Origin: Oligoflexia bacterium
Lineage (GTDB): Bacteria > Bdellovibrionota_G > JANQFH01
Length of the DNA: 64,000 bases
Direction: 5' to 3'
Assembly (NCBI GenBank): GCA_028277945.1
Contig: JANQFH010000008.1
Location: 195,442 to 259,441, forward strand
Shown: positions 9,717-18,395 of the stretch, one piece after another
Layout: the number at the start of each line of letters is the position of its first letter
Numbering within the stretch: position 1 is the first letter of the stretch
Notes under the pieces: generated by a model
The model's database searches: none
Told to the model about the DNA's origin: nothing
What the model saw: the letters and a program-made list of their open reading frames with translations, nothing else
Position numbers and translations under genes: made by a program

Positions 9717-10907
9717 ATGTCTCATCCAAAACCAGAGTCTCCAGCGCTTATGGAGCCGATGCTTCCGGCTGCAGGACAATCCTCGCAACTCGAGGATCTT
9801 GCTGTTGATCTCATTGCCAAGGGCAGTAGCTTTCACAGCCTTTTGCCCACGAACCTACAGACAGGCATTGCGGATCTGGTGCGCTCGATGAACTGCTATT
9901 ACAGCAATCTCATCGAAGATCATCACACCCACCCCCGCGACATTGATCGCGCTCTAGCAGATGATTTCTCTACTGAACCAAAAAAGAGAGCCTTACAATT
10001 GGAAGCCAAAGCGCACATTGAAGTACAACGCCTCATGGATCATGGAGGCATCCCCGCCAATCCAACGACGTCTACATTTATTACCTGGATCCACCGGAAG
10101 TTTTGTGAGCGTTTGCCCGACAATCTTCTATGGACTGAAAACCCTGACAGTGGAGAACGTCTTCGCATCCACGCAGGCAAGCTCAGACAAACTAATGTCA
10201 TAGTTGGTCGCCACCTTGCGCCTGAGGCAAAAAATCTCCACGCTTTTCTGGCTCGCTTTCAAGAGGCCTATGATCTACAGCGCCTTTCCAAAGTGCAACA
10301 GATCCTCGCAGTCGCTGCGTCACATCATCGGTTACTGTGGATCCACCCTTTTCTCGACGGCAACGGTAGGGTGGCACGTCTCTTCTCGCATGCGCTCTTG
10401 TTGCATCTGGGTATTGGCAGTTCCCTTTGGTCAGTATCACGCGGTCTAGCCCGTAGCGTCGACGACTATAAAAGCATGCTCATGCAGGCAGATCAGCTGC
10501 GCCGCAATGACCATGATGGTCGTGGTACGCTCTCCCAACAAGGGCTGATGGATTTTTGTGGCTTTTTCTTGGCCACATGTCTTGATCAAATTGAGTTCAT
10601 GCGCTCTCTGTTAGAACCTAAAGAGCTTCTAAATCGTGTTGCTGTTTATACCGAAGAAGAGATGCGTGCCAAGAGACTTCCAAAAGGGAGTCTGGCGCTA
10701 TTGCGACATGCCATACTGGTTGGCGAGATTGCGCGCCATGAGCTCTCTGGCATTACGGGTTACAAAGAACGTCAGGCTCGTAATGTATTAAAAGAACTAT
10801 TAGCTAAAAAACTCCTTTACTCAGCAACTCCACGTGGCCGCGTGCGTCTGGGTTTTCCTATTGAGGTGGTAGAGCGCTGGTTCCCAACCCTCTACCCTGG
10901 AGTCTAA
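9717..10907 (+). CDS. Fic family protein (AMPylase-type)
   Basis: Canonical Fic motif HPFLDGNGRVARLFSHALL. About 400 aa with a C-terminal wHTH-like tail. No adjacent small antitoxin gene seen. Confidence 0.9.
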   Translation: MSHPKPESPALMEPMLPAAGQSSQLEDLAVDLIAKGSSFHSLLPTNLQTGIADLVRSMNCYYSNLIEDHHTHPRDIDRALADDFSTEPKKRALQLEAKAHIEVQRLMDHGGIPANPTTSTFITWIHRKFCERLPDNLLWTENPDSGERLRIHAGKLRQTNVIVGRHLAPEAKNLHAFLARFQEAYDLQRLSKVQQILAVAASHHRLLWIHPFLDGNGRVARLFSHALLLHLGIGSSLWSVSRGLARSVDDYKSMLMQADQLRRNDHDGRGTLSQQGLMDFCGFFLATCLDQIEFMRSLLEPKELLNRVAVYTEEEMRAKRLPKGSLALLRHAILVGEIARHELSGITGYKERQARNVLKELLAKKLLYSATPRGRVRLGFPIEVVERWFPTLYPGV

Positions 10908-11045
10908 TAAGCGCTCTGTCACGATAACAAAAGGATAGACCACCCATAGTGTCCCCAGGGGCCGATTTGCAACTAGCCAGCGCATGCGATAGACTAGATC
11001 TAAGCTAAGACAACGAGATTTTTGAACATCTTCGCGGAGATACGC

Positions 11046-11987
11046 ATGCAACCAACCCCCCGTTTGTGGGTTTTGCCTCTCTTGATACTCTCTCTTCTAG
11101 CCAGTCCACTGATGGCCCAGGGGCCCGTAGAGGAGCTGGAGAAACAGCAAGAGGATACCCGTCTCTACCTTGAGACCATCGACATGCTCAAGGACAACTC
11201 CCTGGAAAATCAAATCAAAGGCTGGGAGAAGTTCCTCAAGGAGCATCCCGACAACTACTTTCGTGATGAGATCGAGGCCAACCTCGATAACATGAAGGCA
11301 CGCCAGGAGATCATTGCCAGAGAGCAGGAAGAGCAGGATTCTCGACGCTACTTTGCAACCGTGGAGCGGGCCGCAGACAAACCCGTAAGCGAGCAGATCC
11401 CTATCTGGGAGAAGTACCTCAAAGAGAACCCAGACTCACTCTTTGCCAACGAGGCACGCACCACCCTAAACCGCCTGCGTCTACAAGCAGGGCCTGCTGT
11501 GGCACCAGCCCAACAACCCCTGCCATCATCGCCACCCCCTCCAGCGCCCCTACCAACAGCTCCGCCAACCGTCGAGACCACCGCCAAAGATCTGACCCTG
11601 CAGGATGATGGGCTGCTCGATCCCAATCGCGCCCTCTTTCTCGCCTCCGTCCCAGGTCTCATTGTTCCAGGCCTTGGCCACTTTTATGCCGGCAACTATA
11701 CTATTGGCGGAGTCCTCGTCGGCCTACGCGTAGGTGGCTTAGCCCTCATGGGCTATGGTTTCTTTGATGAAAACCGCTTAGCGCTGATTATCCCCGGCAG
11801 CCTGGTGGCTGGCTTCTCCTACGTTCTCGATGTGGTCATGGCGCCCATCCAGGTACGCAACCGCAATCACAGCCTCGAGCCACTCCCACCCTTAGAGGGG
11901 AGCCAACTCAGACCTCTCGACCAAGATCACCCCTTCGCCAAGGCAGAGCAGGAGCTGCTCACCCTCACTGTGGGCTTCTCCTTTTAG
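11046..11987 (+). CDS. secreted repeat protein with Pro-rich linker and C-terminal membrane segments
   Basis: Start at MQPTPRLWVLPLLILSLLASPLMAQG (signal peptide). Duplicated W(E)K(F/Y)LKE(H/N)PD.. repeats. The linker PLPSSPPPPAPLPTAPP is followed by hydrophobic GLGHFYAGNYTIGGVLVGL. Confidence 0.55.
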   Translation: MQPTPRLWVLPLLILSLLASPLMAQGPVEELEKQQEDTRLYLETIDMLKDNSLENQIKGWEKFLKEHPDNYFRDEIEANLDNMKARQEIIAREQEEQDSRRYFATVERAADKPVSEQIPIWEKYLKENPDSLFANEARTTLNRLRLQAGPAVAPAQQPLPSSPPPPAPLPTAPPTVETTAKDLTLQDDGLLDPNRALFLASVPGLIVPGLGHFYAGNYTIGGVLVGLRVGGLALMGYGFFDENRLALIIPGSLVAGFSYVLDVVMAPIQVRNRNHSLEPLPPLEGSQLRPLDQDHPFAKAEQELLTLTVGFSF

Positions 11988-12329
11988 GCTGGATAAAACG
12001 GGACTTTGATCTAGTCTGACCTAAGGTTTCTGGCCCCATACTTGGAAGAGCCACGGCACACTCATAAGAGTGCGGGTATCCTGAGACAAAGTCTTTAAGG
12101 TTGTAACGATTGCAAGGATACTTCTTCATCGTGATATTTGTCGAACTCAAGCAAAGCCCTGCCTTCGCCCTGTAATCAAAACAAGTTGGTCGTATAGTGA
12201 CCATTTTGTTTCCATAAAAGACAATCAGCATTCTATCCAACGTTAGGATCAAGACAAAGTTAATCACTCCACTCCCTTCGTGAAGGCTAACAACTGATTA
12301 CTCTTCGGCTAATAATGGTCTGGCTTTCT

Positions 12330-12345
12330 TGGCACACAATTTGCT
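12330..12345 (+). promoter_or_regulatory. sigma-54 (-24/-12) type promoter upstream of short ORF 12393
   Basis: TGGCACacaatTTGCT. GG at 12331-12332 and GC at 12343-12344 are separated by 10 nt, matching TGGCAC-N5-TTGCW. It lies about 48 nt upstream of ATG 12393. Confidence 0.6.
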
Positions 12346-12392
12346 TTTTTTTAAGCCAGCCACGTCACCTTCAATTTGTTATGGGAGGAACT

Positions 12393-12515
12393 ATGAAGGA
12401 CGCAAAAAAGACAAAACGTCAACAGTCTAAGTCGTCAAAAAAAATCTTTTCCCCTATTAAGGACAAGCTGTTAGATACAGCTATGTCGACTATCACATAT
12501 GATGTAACTGGCTAA
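12393..12515 (+). CDS. candidate precursor/signal peptide, 40 aa (cassette D)
   Basis: MKDAKKTKRQQSKSSKKIFSPIKDKLLDTAMSTITYDVTG. RBS GGGAGG at 12383-12388, 4 nt before the ATG. A sigma-54-type promoter lies upstream. The HExxH gene starts 93 nt downstream on the same strand. Confidence 0.5.
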   Translation: MKDAKKTKRQQSKSSKKIFSPIKDKLLDTAMSTITYDVTG

Positions 12516-12608
12516 GTAGGCAACGAAAATAAGACAACGAAGCTAAGTATGGGAGTGGATGGTCTCTGCTCCCGTACCTTCAAGCCAGGCATATGAGAGA
12601 TCGATTTA

Positions 12609-13601
12609 ATGTGTTTAGAATATCATTCCGCCCCAGGAAAATTATCACCTTTTGTGCTTCGAAAAAATTTTCAAGGATATTTGGTTAAAAGCGCTATTTC
12701 CTACATTAATGAAGTTCAGTCGTCTTTAAAATTGGACCTCAACCACATAATATTAAAGTTATCCAGCCTAGATCAAAACCAGAAATTTTCCCCCTCTATC
12801 TATACAGGGTATCACATACTACAGTCAGCTTACGATAGTCAGAATAAAACCCTTGTGTTGGATGCCCTTCATTTCTTGGTTCAGTATTGCAATGATAAAG
12901 GTGGTAACAATAACATTGATTATTCAACTATACTTACAGAACCATATGAGAATCATTGTATAGACACTTTTCGAAAATCGAACCCTAAAGATGACTTCGG
13001 CGTGCCAGCTTTTGACGTTGTAGAAATGTTTCCAATACTGAATGTTAAAAAATATAAAATTCCTCCGTCTAGCCTTAAAAAGGCTGAAGAAATATTATCG
13101 CTGATTGATATGGATTTATGGAAAGAGTATCAAGCTTACGTTTCTATCTTAAAGATCTTCCAAGGAAAGAGTCTTCAAGGTGGAACAAGTCTCAACTGTT
13201 TTGGTACGGTATACCTGAGAATGCCTGAGGATTCCGAACATCCGGTACTCTACTTCCTGGAACATATTGTGCATGAAACCTCCCATTTGCATCTCTATGC
13301 ATTAGCCGGAGACAGAGACCTTGTTAGAAACGATTCAGCCTCTGTTTATGACTCGCCAATACGACACGACAAACGGCCCATTATTGGGGTATTTCACGCT
13401 ACGTTTGTTTTGGCTCGCTTAGTCCGTATATTTCAGCGCTACCTAAATCATTTTAGCAATGACTATCCAGAAGGAACTACCTTCTACAACAGAATAAGCA
13501 GAGACTTCAAAACCGGATACTCTATATTGAAAGAAAATTGTCTTTTTACAACGCTTGGGCGACAAATTTTTGATTCGTTAGATGATTGTACGAAAATTTG
13601 A
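12609..13601 (+). CDS. HExxH-motif protein (RiPP-associated HEXXH-domain type; possible peptide hydroxylase or peptidase) (cassette D)
   Basis: HIVHETSHLHLY is followed by KRPIIGVFHATFVLAR. The same two blocks occur in paralog 26946-27779 (HELGHHYL .. KRPLFGIYHAAFAEA). Confidence 0.6.
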   Translation: MCLEYHSAPGKLSPFVLRKNFQGYLVKSAISYINEVQSSLKLDLNHIILKLSSLDQNQKFSPSIYTGYHILQSAYDSQNKTLVLDALHFLVQYCNDKGGNNNIDYSTILTEPYENHCIDTFRKSNPKDDFGVPAFDVVEMFPILNVKKYKIPPSSLKKAEEILSLIDMDLWKEYQAYVSILKIFQGKSLQGGTSLNCFGTVYLRMPEDSEHPVLYFLEHIVHETSHLHLYALAGDRDLVRNDSASVYDSPIRHDKRPIIGVFHATFVLARLVRIFQRYLNHFSNDYPEGTTFYNRISRDFKTGYSILKENCLFTTLGRQIFDSLDDCTKI

Positions 13602-14607
13602 AAGGAACGACCCTCTTGGAAATACCGCGTTTGGCAAACTACCTATCAAAAAACTGGTACGTGCTGCAGTCTTCCCTGATCGCTTTTTTGTAGGCAAAGC
13701 AGGTATCAAGCTTGTCAATTGGCAAGGAAATAATCAGTACCTTTGTGGCTTCTCATGCAGCAGACAACCGGCTATTGCCGAAAATGTAGCTGTTTTCGAA
13801 CTCTGTGAACGCTTGACAGCAAAGTATGAATTTCAATCTTTTCTGGGCACGAATATGAATACTTTCAGAGCGTTTACCTGGCCCGATGGGAATCCAGCTA
13901 GAGTGACAAAATCTCAATTATTCCTTGGTCCAAATCCATTTTCCCAATTTGGACAAGAGGCAACTGGCCTAGGTTTTGGCCCTGATTATCATCAAGCATT
14001 AAATCACGCTATTCTTGAATTGTTGGAGAGGCACATCTGCGCAGGTCTTTGGTATGAAGCAAAATATAGGCTATGCAAGGCAATCGACAGAGTATCTTTA
14101 GACTCCTTTGACATTTTCTACTATACCCTCCACAGACCGAAGATACCATTTGTTCTAGCCATTATATACTCGAATGAACTTGAGGTGCTTTCAGTCGGCC
14201 ATGCAATAAGATCTACGTTTGAGGAGGCGAAGGAAAAATCCTACTCCGAAGCAGTGATGCTGTTAGATTGTGTTCTCCACAAGGATAACGGTATCTGTAC
14301 CAATTTAAGAACTAAAAATCGTTTGCTTTCTCAAAGAGGTCCCTTAGCAAAAGAACGATTCCAACAATTTAACGATCTGACAGTAAACGTGGCAGCAGCA
14401 AAAAATATCCTAAGCCGATATTTTTCAATATCTGAGATTACTGCGGCGGTGCTTGGCACTAATGACGATATCGAAATTATTCAACTTTTCCGGGATAGAA
14501 ACTTCTGGTCTCTACGAGCACTTTCGAAGAAGGTGGCTACCTTGGCAGAACGTCGACAATCGAATCGATATTCAGAAAAACAAAAGATTCTGGACCCTTA
14601 TTGCTAA
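13582..14607 (+). CDS. minimal YcaO-domain protein (cassette D)
   Basis: ExxER motifs VAVFELCERL and ATGLGFGPDYHQALNHAILELLERH. Overlaps the HExxH gene by 20 nt. Paralog of 5737-6675. Confidence 0.6.
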   Translation: MIVRKFERNDPLGNTAFGKLPIKKLVRAAVFPDRFFVGKAGIKLVNWQGNNQYLCGFSCSRQPAIAENVAVFELCERLTAKYEFQSFLGTNMNTFRAFTWPDGNPARVTKSQLFLGPNPFSQFGQEATGLGFGPDYHQALNHAILELLERHICAGLWYEAKYRLCKAIDRVSLDSFDIFYYTLHRPKIPFVLAIIYSNELEVLSVGHAIRSTFEEAKEKSYSEAVMLLDCVLHKDNGICTNLRTKNRLLSQRGPLAKERFQQFNDLTVNVAAAKNILSRYFSISEITAAVLGTNDDIEIIQLFRDRNFWSLRALSKKVATLAERRQSNRYSEKQKILDPYC

Positions 14608-14619
14608 GATCAGCATACA

Positions 14620-15888
14620 TTAGAGCTTGTCGGAAATAAGGCTATATCTTTTGGCCGTGCTCCACAACAACAGTGTTGAAGCAAGCCCCACAATGCCAGA
14701 AAGACCAATTAACTTGCCTATGGCTGGATCGGCTTTCATAAGTACAGTGAAGATTACCATGGACAGTATATACCCGACTCTGCCATAAGCCTGTCCTTTC
14801 GATATTGAGTAGGTAAACCGATCTTGGCTAAATTGTGACTGAATCTTGTTTGAAAACATTATAAGGGAAACACCGTACAGGATACCGATAATGATCATTA
14901 GGGCAATAAAGGAGTCTCGAGAAGTTCCTCCAGCAAGAATTAGTGTTAGACTTAGAGCTACAAGAAGAAGAATCAATTTATGAATACTACGGAAGTACAC
15001 TTGAAATGCATTTGGGAAGAGAGTAATTGCGGTTAATGCTAGGAGGAATCCAAAGTAGATAGACGATGGACCTGAAAGTATTCGTGTAATTCCAGAAAGA
15101 TGTTTTGATGCTGCTAGCGATTGCATAAGAATAAAGGCAACCGCTCCAAAAGCTAAATTTGTCAAAAATAGAAACTGATTGTTCCATTTTAGCCAATGGT
15201 CGTCTTTTAAATCTATGATACGTTGATTTGCATTGTTCTGAAAAACATCAACCGATACTTGTTGCATACTGGTTATCTTTTTCATAAAGGATAGTAAAAG
15301 GAAGAGTCCAAGTAGAGAAATAAGGTAGGTTATGGAGTTTACGATGCAGACGACAGACCATCCACTAGTTAGCAGCAACGCTGCGACTGAAGCACTTACC
15401 ATGTTTACTCCACGATTTGCAGCATTCGAGAACGCTAAAGCTCTAGGTAGAGGGAAAAAATTATTCCTATCCAGGAAGATAGGAATAATGGTGGTCAGTT
15501 GTCTTGTTATAAGTGATAATGTACGCATTACTATCATCAGAGCGAGAAATAAGCCGTAAAATAGGTGCCTTGGAAGATATGATATTAAGATAGGCAGAAT
15601 GGTCAGTCCCATTAGGATAAATTCGATACATAGGGCGTAAAAAATTCTATCCTTGATATTTATAATGCGATCAATGTATTTTCCAAGAAAGGGTGCTAAA
15701 CCAATTTGCAGTATGGCATCTGTAGAGAACAGAATCCCCGATAACAATATTCCCGAACTATCGTCAAGAAAGAGTGCAACTGCGAAGAAAAGTAAAAGGC
15801 TATCCCCAAGTTTGGAAATAATCGATAAAGAAAGATACCCCCAAATAGGCGCCTTTGTCATGTTGTGGATTGGCTTTTCTCTATCCAT
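14620..15888 (-). CDS. MFS-type transporter (cassette D)
   Basis: About 12 predicted hydrophobic helices. Loop LGKYIDRIINIKDRI is in the MFS motif-A position. The start is uncertain (15888 or M10 at 15861). Confidence 0.7.
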   Translation of the reverse strand: MDREKPIHNMTKAPIWGYLSLSIISKLGDSLLLFFAVALFLDDSSGILLSGILFSTDAILQIGLAPFLGKYIDRIINIKDRIFYALCIEFILMGLTILPILISYLPRHLFYGLFLALMIVMRTLSLITRQLTTIIPIFLDRNNFFPLPRALAFSNAANRGVNMVSASVAALLLTSGWSVVCIVNSITYLISLLGLFLLLSFMKKITSMQQVSVDVFQNNANQRIIDLKDDHWLKWNNQFLFLTNLAFGAVAFILMQSLAASKHLSGITRILSGPSSIYFGFLLALTAITLFPNAFQVYFRSIHKLILLLVALSLTLILAGGTSRDSFIALMIIIGILYGVSLIMFSNKIQSQFSQDRFTYSISKGQAYGRVGYILSMVIFTVLMKADPAIGKLIGLSGIVGLASTLLLWSTAKRYSLISDKL

Positions 15889-15902
15889 ATACTATCATCA
15901 AC

Positions 15903-16034
15903 AAGGCAAGAATTAGGCCAATAGGAATGTCCGGTATTCCAATGGGTTGTAGATAGGTAACGCTTAGGAACAGTATGTCTGATATAGGACGCTCTGTTCA
16001 CCCTGAAGACAGTTTGTTTGTATTGCGAACAATT
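15903..16034. repeat. about 130-nt conserved intergenic element, copy 1 (copy 2 at 28016..28146)
   Basis: Ungapped alignment by eye gives roughly 80% identity with 28016-28146. Best-conserved blocks are TTAGGCCAAT, GTCTGATATA and TGAAGACAGTTTGTTTGTATT.CGAACAAT. ORFs over the two copies lie on different strands, so the element is not coding. Confidence 0.7.
15905..15920 (-). promoter_or_regulatory. sigma-54-like -24/-12 motif inside repeat copy 1, facing MFS gene 14620..15888
   Basis: Minus strand TGGCCTaattcTTGCC. GG at 15919-15918 and GC at 15907-15906 are 10 nt apart. It is very close to ATG 15888, so the transcript would be nearly leaderless unless the start is M10. Confidence 0.35.
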
Positions 16035-16149
16035 GAGCCGTTGCCGGTCTGCCATCATGGAACCTCGCATCTGCCTTCAAGGTAAAGGTATACTCATCTC
16101 CTGCATCAGAGAGCAGCCCATTTTCTTGACCACAAACCAACGAACGCAT
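16033..16149 (-). pseudogene. 5' remnant of a family-5 solute-binding protein gene
   Basis: MRSLVCGQENGLLSDAGDEYTFTLKADARFHDGRPATAQ.. matches SSWKVSDAGDEYTFTLNSDARFHDGSPVTARD of 43334-44740. This includes a 31-nt identical run, gatgcaggagatgagtatacctttaccttga. Homology breaks at about 16034, where repeat copy 1 begins. Confidence 0.7.
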
Positions 16150-17643
16150 CTAGCGTACCCACAAGACAGATGTATCATGTCTCGTTAGATTGATACTTTC
16201 AGGAAGCATGCCCGCAGAAGCACGATCATCGTGTACCAGGGTCTCAATAGCTCGGCCATCCGCAGATTCACCATGAAAAGCAAAGTAGCCACACCAATAG
16301 CTTAGTGGATCTGCCATGGCATTCAAGTAGGAATAGACATCTATGAGTTCAGAACGTAGCTGAGCAATCTCCGTTTCTGTTTCTCCAAGACCAAAACTCA
16401 GTTCTTCGATAGTCTCTTCCAAGTCGTGAGATGACCGCAAGTCGCCGCTGAAGCAGGTCGCAATAGCAGAAAGTCTTTCCTTCTCTAACCGGCTCAGCTT
16501 TCCTTCGTCGTGAAGTACTTGAACTTTTTGTCTAAACTCCTGTGGATTTTTCTCGATTTCCTCTACAGTAAAACTAATCGACTCTCTCTTATTTTCCAAA
16601 ATTGACAGGCCTCTCAGCGCGTCGATCAGTGTATCTATGACTACTACATCCTCGCCTTTCAAATCCTTGCGAAATTTTTCGAGACTTTGGACAGCCAATT
16701 CGACTGTCGCAAGACTTTCTCTAAAGTAGCTCCCCAGGGCCCTTCGAACAGTCATAGCATCTCCTATTAAAGAGACGAGTTCTCTTGAAGAGTCAGCAAT
16801 AGCCTCTAATCTTCTCAACCTCTGGCCTATTTCCTGACAAGGTTCGAGCAAAATTTTTCTTCTAGCACCTACTCTCAATATCAAGAGAGGAACATGATAT
16901 GGCCGATAGAACATCACAACTTCTGATAGGTCTGTCCTCGACCGCTCATCATATGAGCCCGTAATCGGATGAGGGTAGTATCGCCCTCGAAAATAATTAT
17001 CCACCACTCTTCTAATCAGTTCCCCTTTGAGACGAATTTCCAAAATTCCAGGCTCATCGATTTCAAAAGCTAGTTGAACAAACTCTGGACCAAGTTCAAA
17101 TTGCCTACCCATATCTGCATTTCTGTACATACCCCTATCGGCAAACATAATAGGTTCGCTTAGGGCAAAGTGGGAAACCCCATAATAAGCTTCCCTTTTC
17201 CTATCCCATCTCTTCAAGCTCTTCCAGGTAGTTAGAATGGTCTTTGAGTTTAAACGAACATCAACGTTTACCTTTAATCCGTCTAAACTCCTTTCCAGAT
17301 CGGTTCTCTCACCTCGCCGTTCTTCAAAACTTGCTCCAACAAAATGTAGATCTAGCTCCAAGAGGTACGGCCCTGGGCGAATGATTTTCACTCCTGGGAA
17401 CCTTAGTTCTTTGTTGCCATCTATGATATCAGGATAGTCCGAAGATAGACTGGTAATAAATCTACCGTTTTCCATCCTCCCAAAGAGTCGAAAATTAGTA
17501 ATATCAGCGTAGCTTCCAATTCTAGGACCACGAACTCCATGATAAAAAGTATCTCCAGCCTCTGCAGCACGATCACATAGCGCTACTAGTGCAACCAGAG
17601 ACAATAGGAGCCAATGGTACTTTTGTGTCTTTAGAATTATCAT
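16150..17643 (-). CDS. secreted accessory protein 'Z' of toxin module 1 (paralog of 55970..57538)
   Basis: Signal peptide HWLLLSLVALVALCDRAAEA. The C-terminal helical half aligns with 55970-57538: EPCQEIGQRLRRLEAI vs EACTNLGDAENRLSWLETL, and EEIEKNPQEFRQKV vs AKIEKRPKAFRKTV. Confidence 0.7.
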   Translation of the reverse strand: MIILKTQKYHWLLLSLVALVALCDRAAEAGDTFYHGVRGPRIGSYADITNFRLFGRMENGRFITSLSSDYPDIIDGNKELRFPGVKIIRPGPYLLELDLHFVGASFEERRGERTDLERSLDGLKVNVDVRLNSKTILTTWKSLKRWDRKREAYYGVSHFALSEPIMFADRGMYRNADMGRQFELGPEFVQLAFEIDEPGILEIRLKGELIRRVVDNYFRGRYYPHPITGSYDERSRTDLSEVVMFYRPYHVPLLILRVGARRKILLEPCQEIGQRLRRLEAIADSSRELVSLIGDAMTVRRALGSYFRESLATVELAVQSLEKFRKDLKGEDVVVIDTLIDALRGLSILENKRESISFTVEEIEKNPQEFRQKVQVLHDEGKLSRLEKERLSAIATCFSGDLRSSHDLEETIEELSFGLGETETEIAQLRSELIDVYSYLNAMADPLSYWCGYFAFHGESADGRAIETLVHDDRASAGMLPESINLTRHDTSVLWVR

Positions 17644-17648
17644 GCTAT

Positions 17649-18392
17649 TCAGTCTTTTCGCGGTGAAAAAATTACGCCCCCAAGCGTTTCAAAAGGCCTT
17701 CCTATATCTACATCTACCTTCAATACATCGCGGGTCTTGATTCTTGCCCAAAGCGTAGTCGGATCCACACGCCTTTCCTCTTCCATCCAAAACTCGTACT
17801 CGCGAACGAAGAATGCTGGAGAGGTAATATCCGCATCAAAAGCGTTCGGATTAAGATAGTAAATTCTAGGTACCCTATGTTGATGGACCCAATCTATGTC
17901 AGGTTTCTCACTACGAGGCCACTTGTGTGTTTCATAGTTGACCTCATCCACACGTGTTCCGTCGTAGCGGCGACTGTGTTTGAATGTTGCCTTGAGCTTC
18001 CGATTCTCTAGTGCTGATTTTATAATTTTGACTTTCCCAACTCCTGCATAGTGAAAAAATAGAATTACAAGTGCCGTTCGGCCTGAATCGATGTCCTGTA
18101 GAAGTTTCTGAGGAAGAACGGAATCTCTAATTTTATCCGTACCTTCCCTACTTAGGAAGTCAAAAAACCAAATTAGGAAGTCTGATCGAACGAAAAAGAA
18201 AAGTCGATCACCAACGGGATCATGAAATACAAGCGGTTCTTTTATAATCTCCTCCGCCTCGTTCTCGGAAAGCTTCACTCGATGAAAATATTTTGATTCC
18301 TTAATCACTTTGTCCGATGGAAAGTAAGAATCAGCATACAACACTGGCGTCACCACTATAAGAACACTCAAACACAACGTAAAGCGATACAA
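17649..18392 (-). CDS. secreted protein, unknown function (toxin module 1)
   Basis: ORF track. Signal peptide FTLCLSVLIVVTPVLYA. I recognised no motif. Confidence 0.6.
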   Translation of the reverse strand: MYRFTLCLSVLIVVTPVLYADSYFPSDKVIKESKYFHRVKLSENEAEEIIKEPLVFHDPVGDRLFFFVRSDFLIWFFDFLSREGTDKIRDSVLPQKLLQDIDSGRTALVILFFHYAGVGKVKIIKSALENRKLKATFKHSRRYDGTRVDEVNYETHKWPRSEKPDIDWVHQHRVPRIYYLNPNAFDADITSPAFFVREYEFWMEEERRVDPTTLWARIKTRDVLKVDVDIGRPFETLGGVIFSPRKD

Positions 18393-18395
18393 CTT

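Noticed and set aside
11965-12267. 100-aa minus-strand ORF between the 321-aa gene and cassette D
   Set aside because: It has no RBS, motif or paralog. It overlaps the 3' end of the convergent gene and the region upstream of the sigma-54 promoter. It is probably non-coding, but I cannot exclude a small gene or remnant.
12315-12392. Longer 66-aa version of the cassette D short ORF, starting at ATG 12315 (MVWLSWHTICFFLSQPRHLQFVMGGT..)
   Set aside because: The extension contains the sigma-54-type promoter itself (12330-12345). It has no RBS, whereas ATG 12393 has GGGAGG 4 nt upstream. The extension also has no resemblance to the other two peptides.
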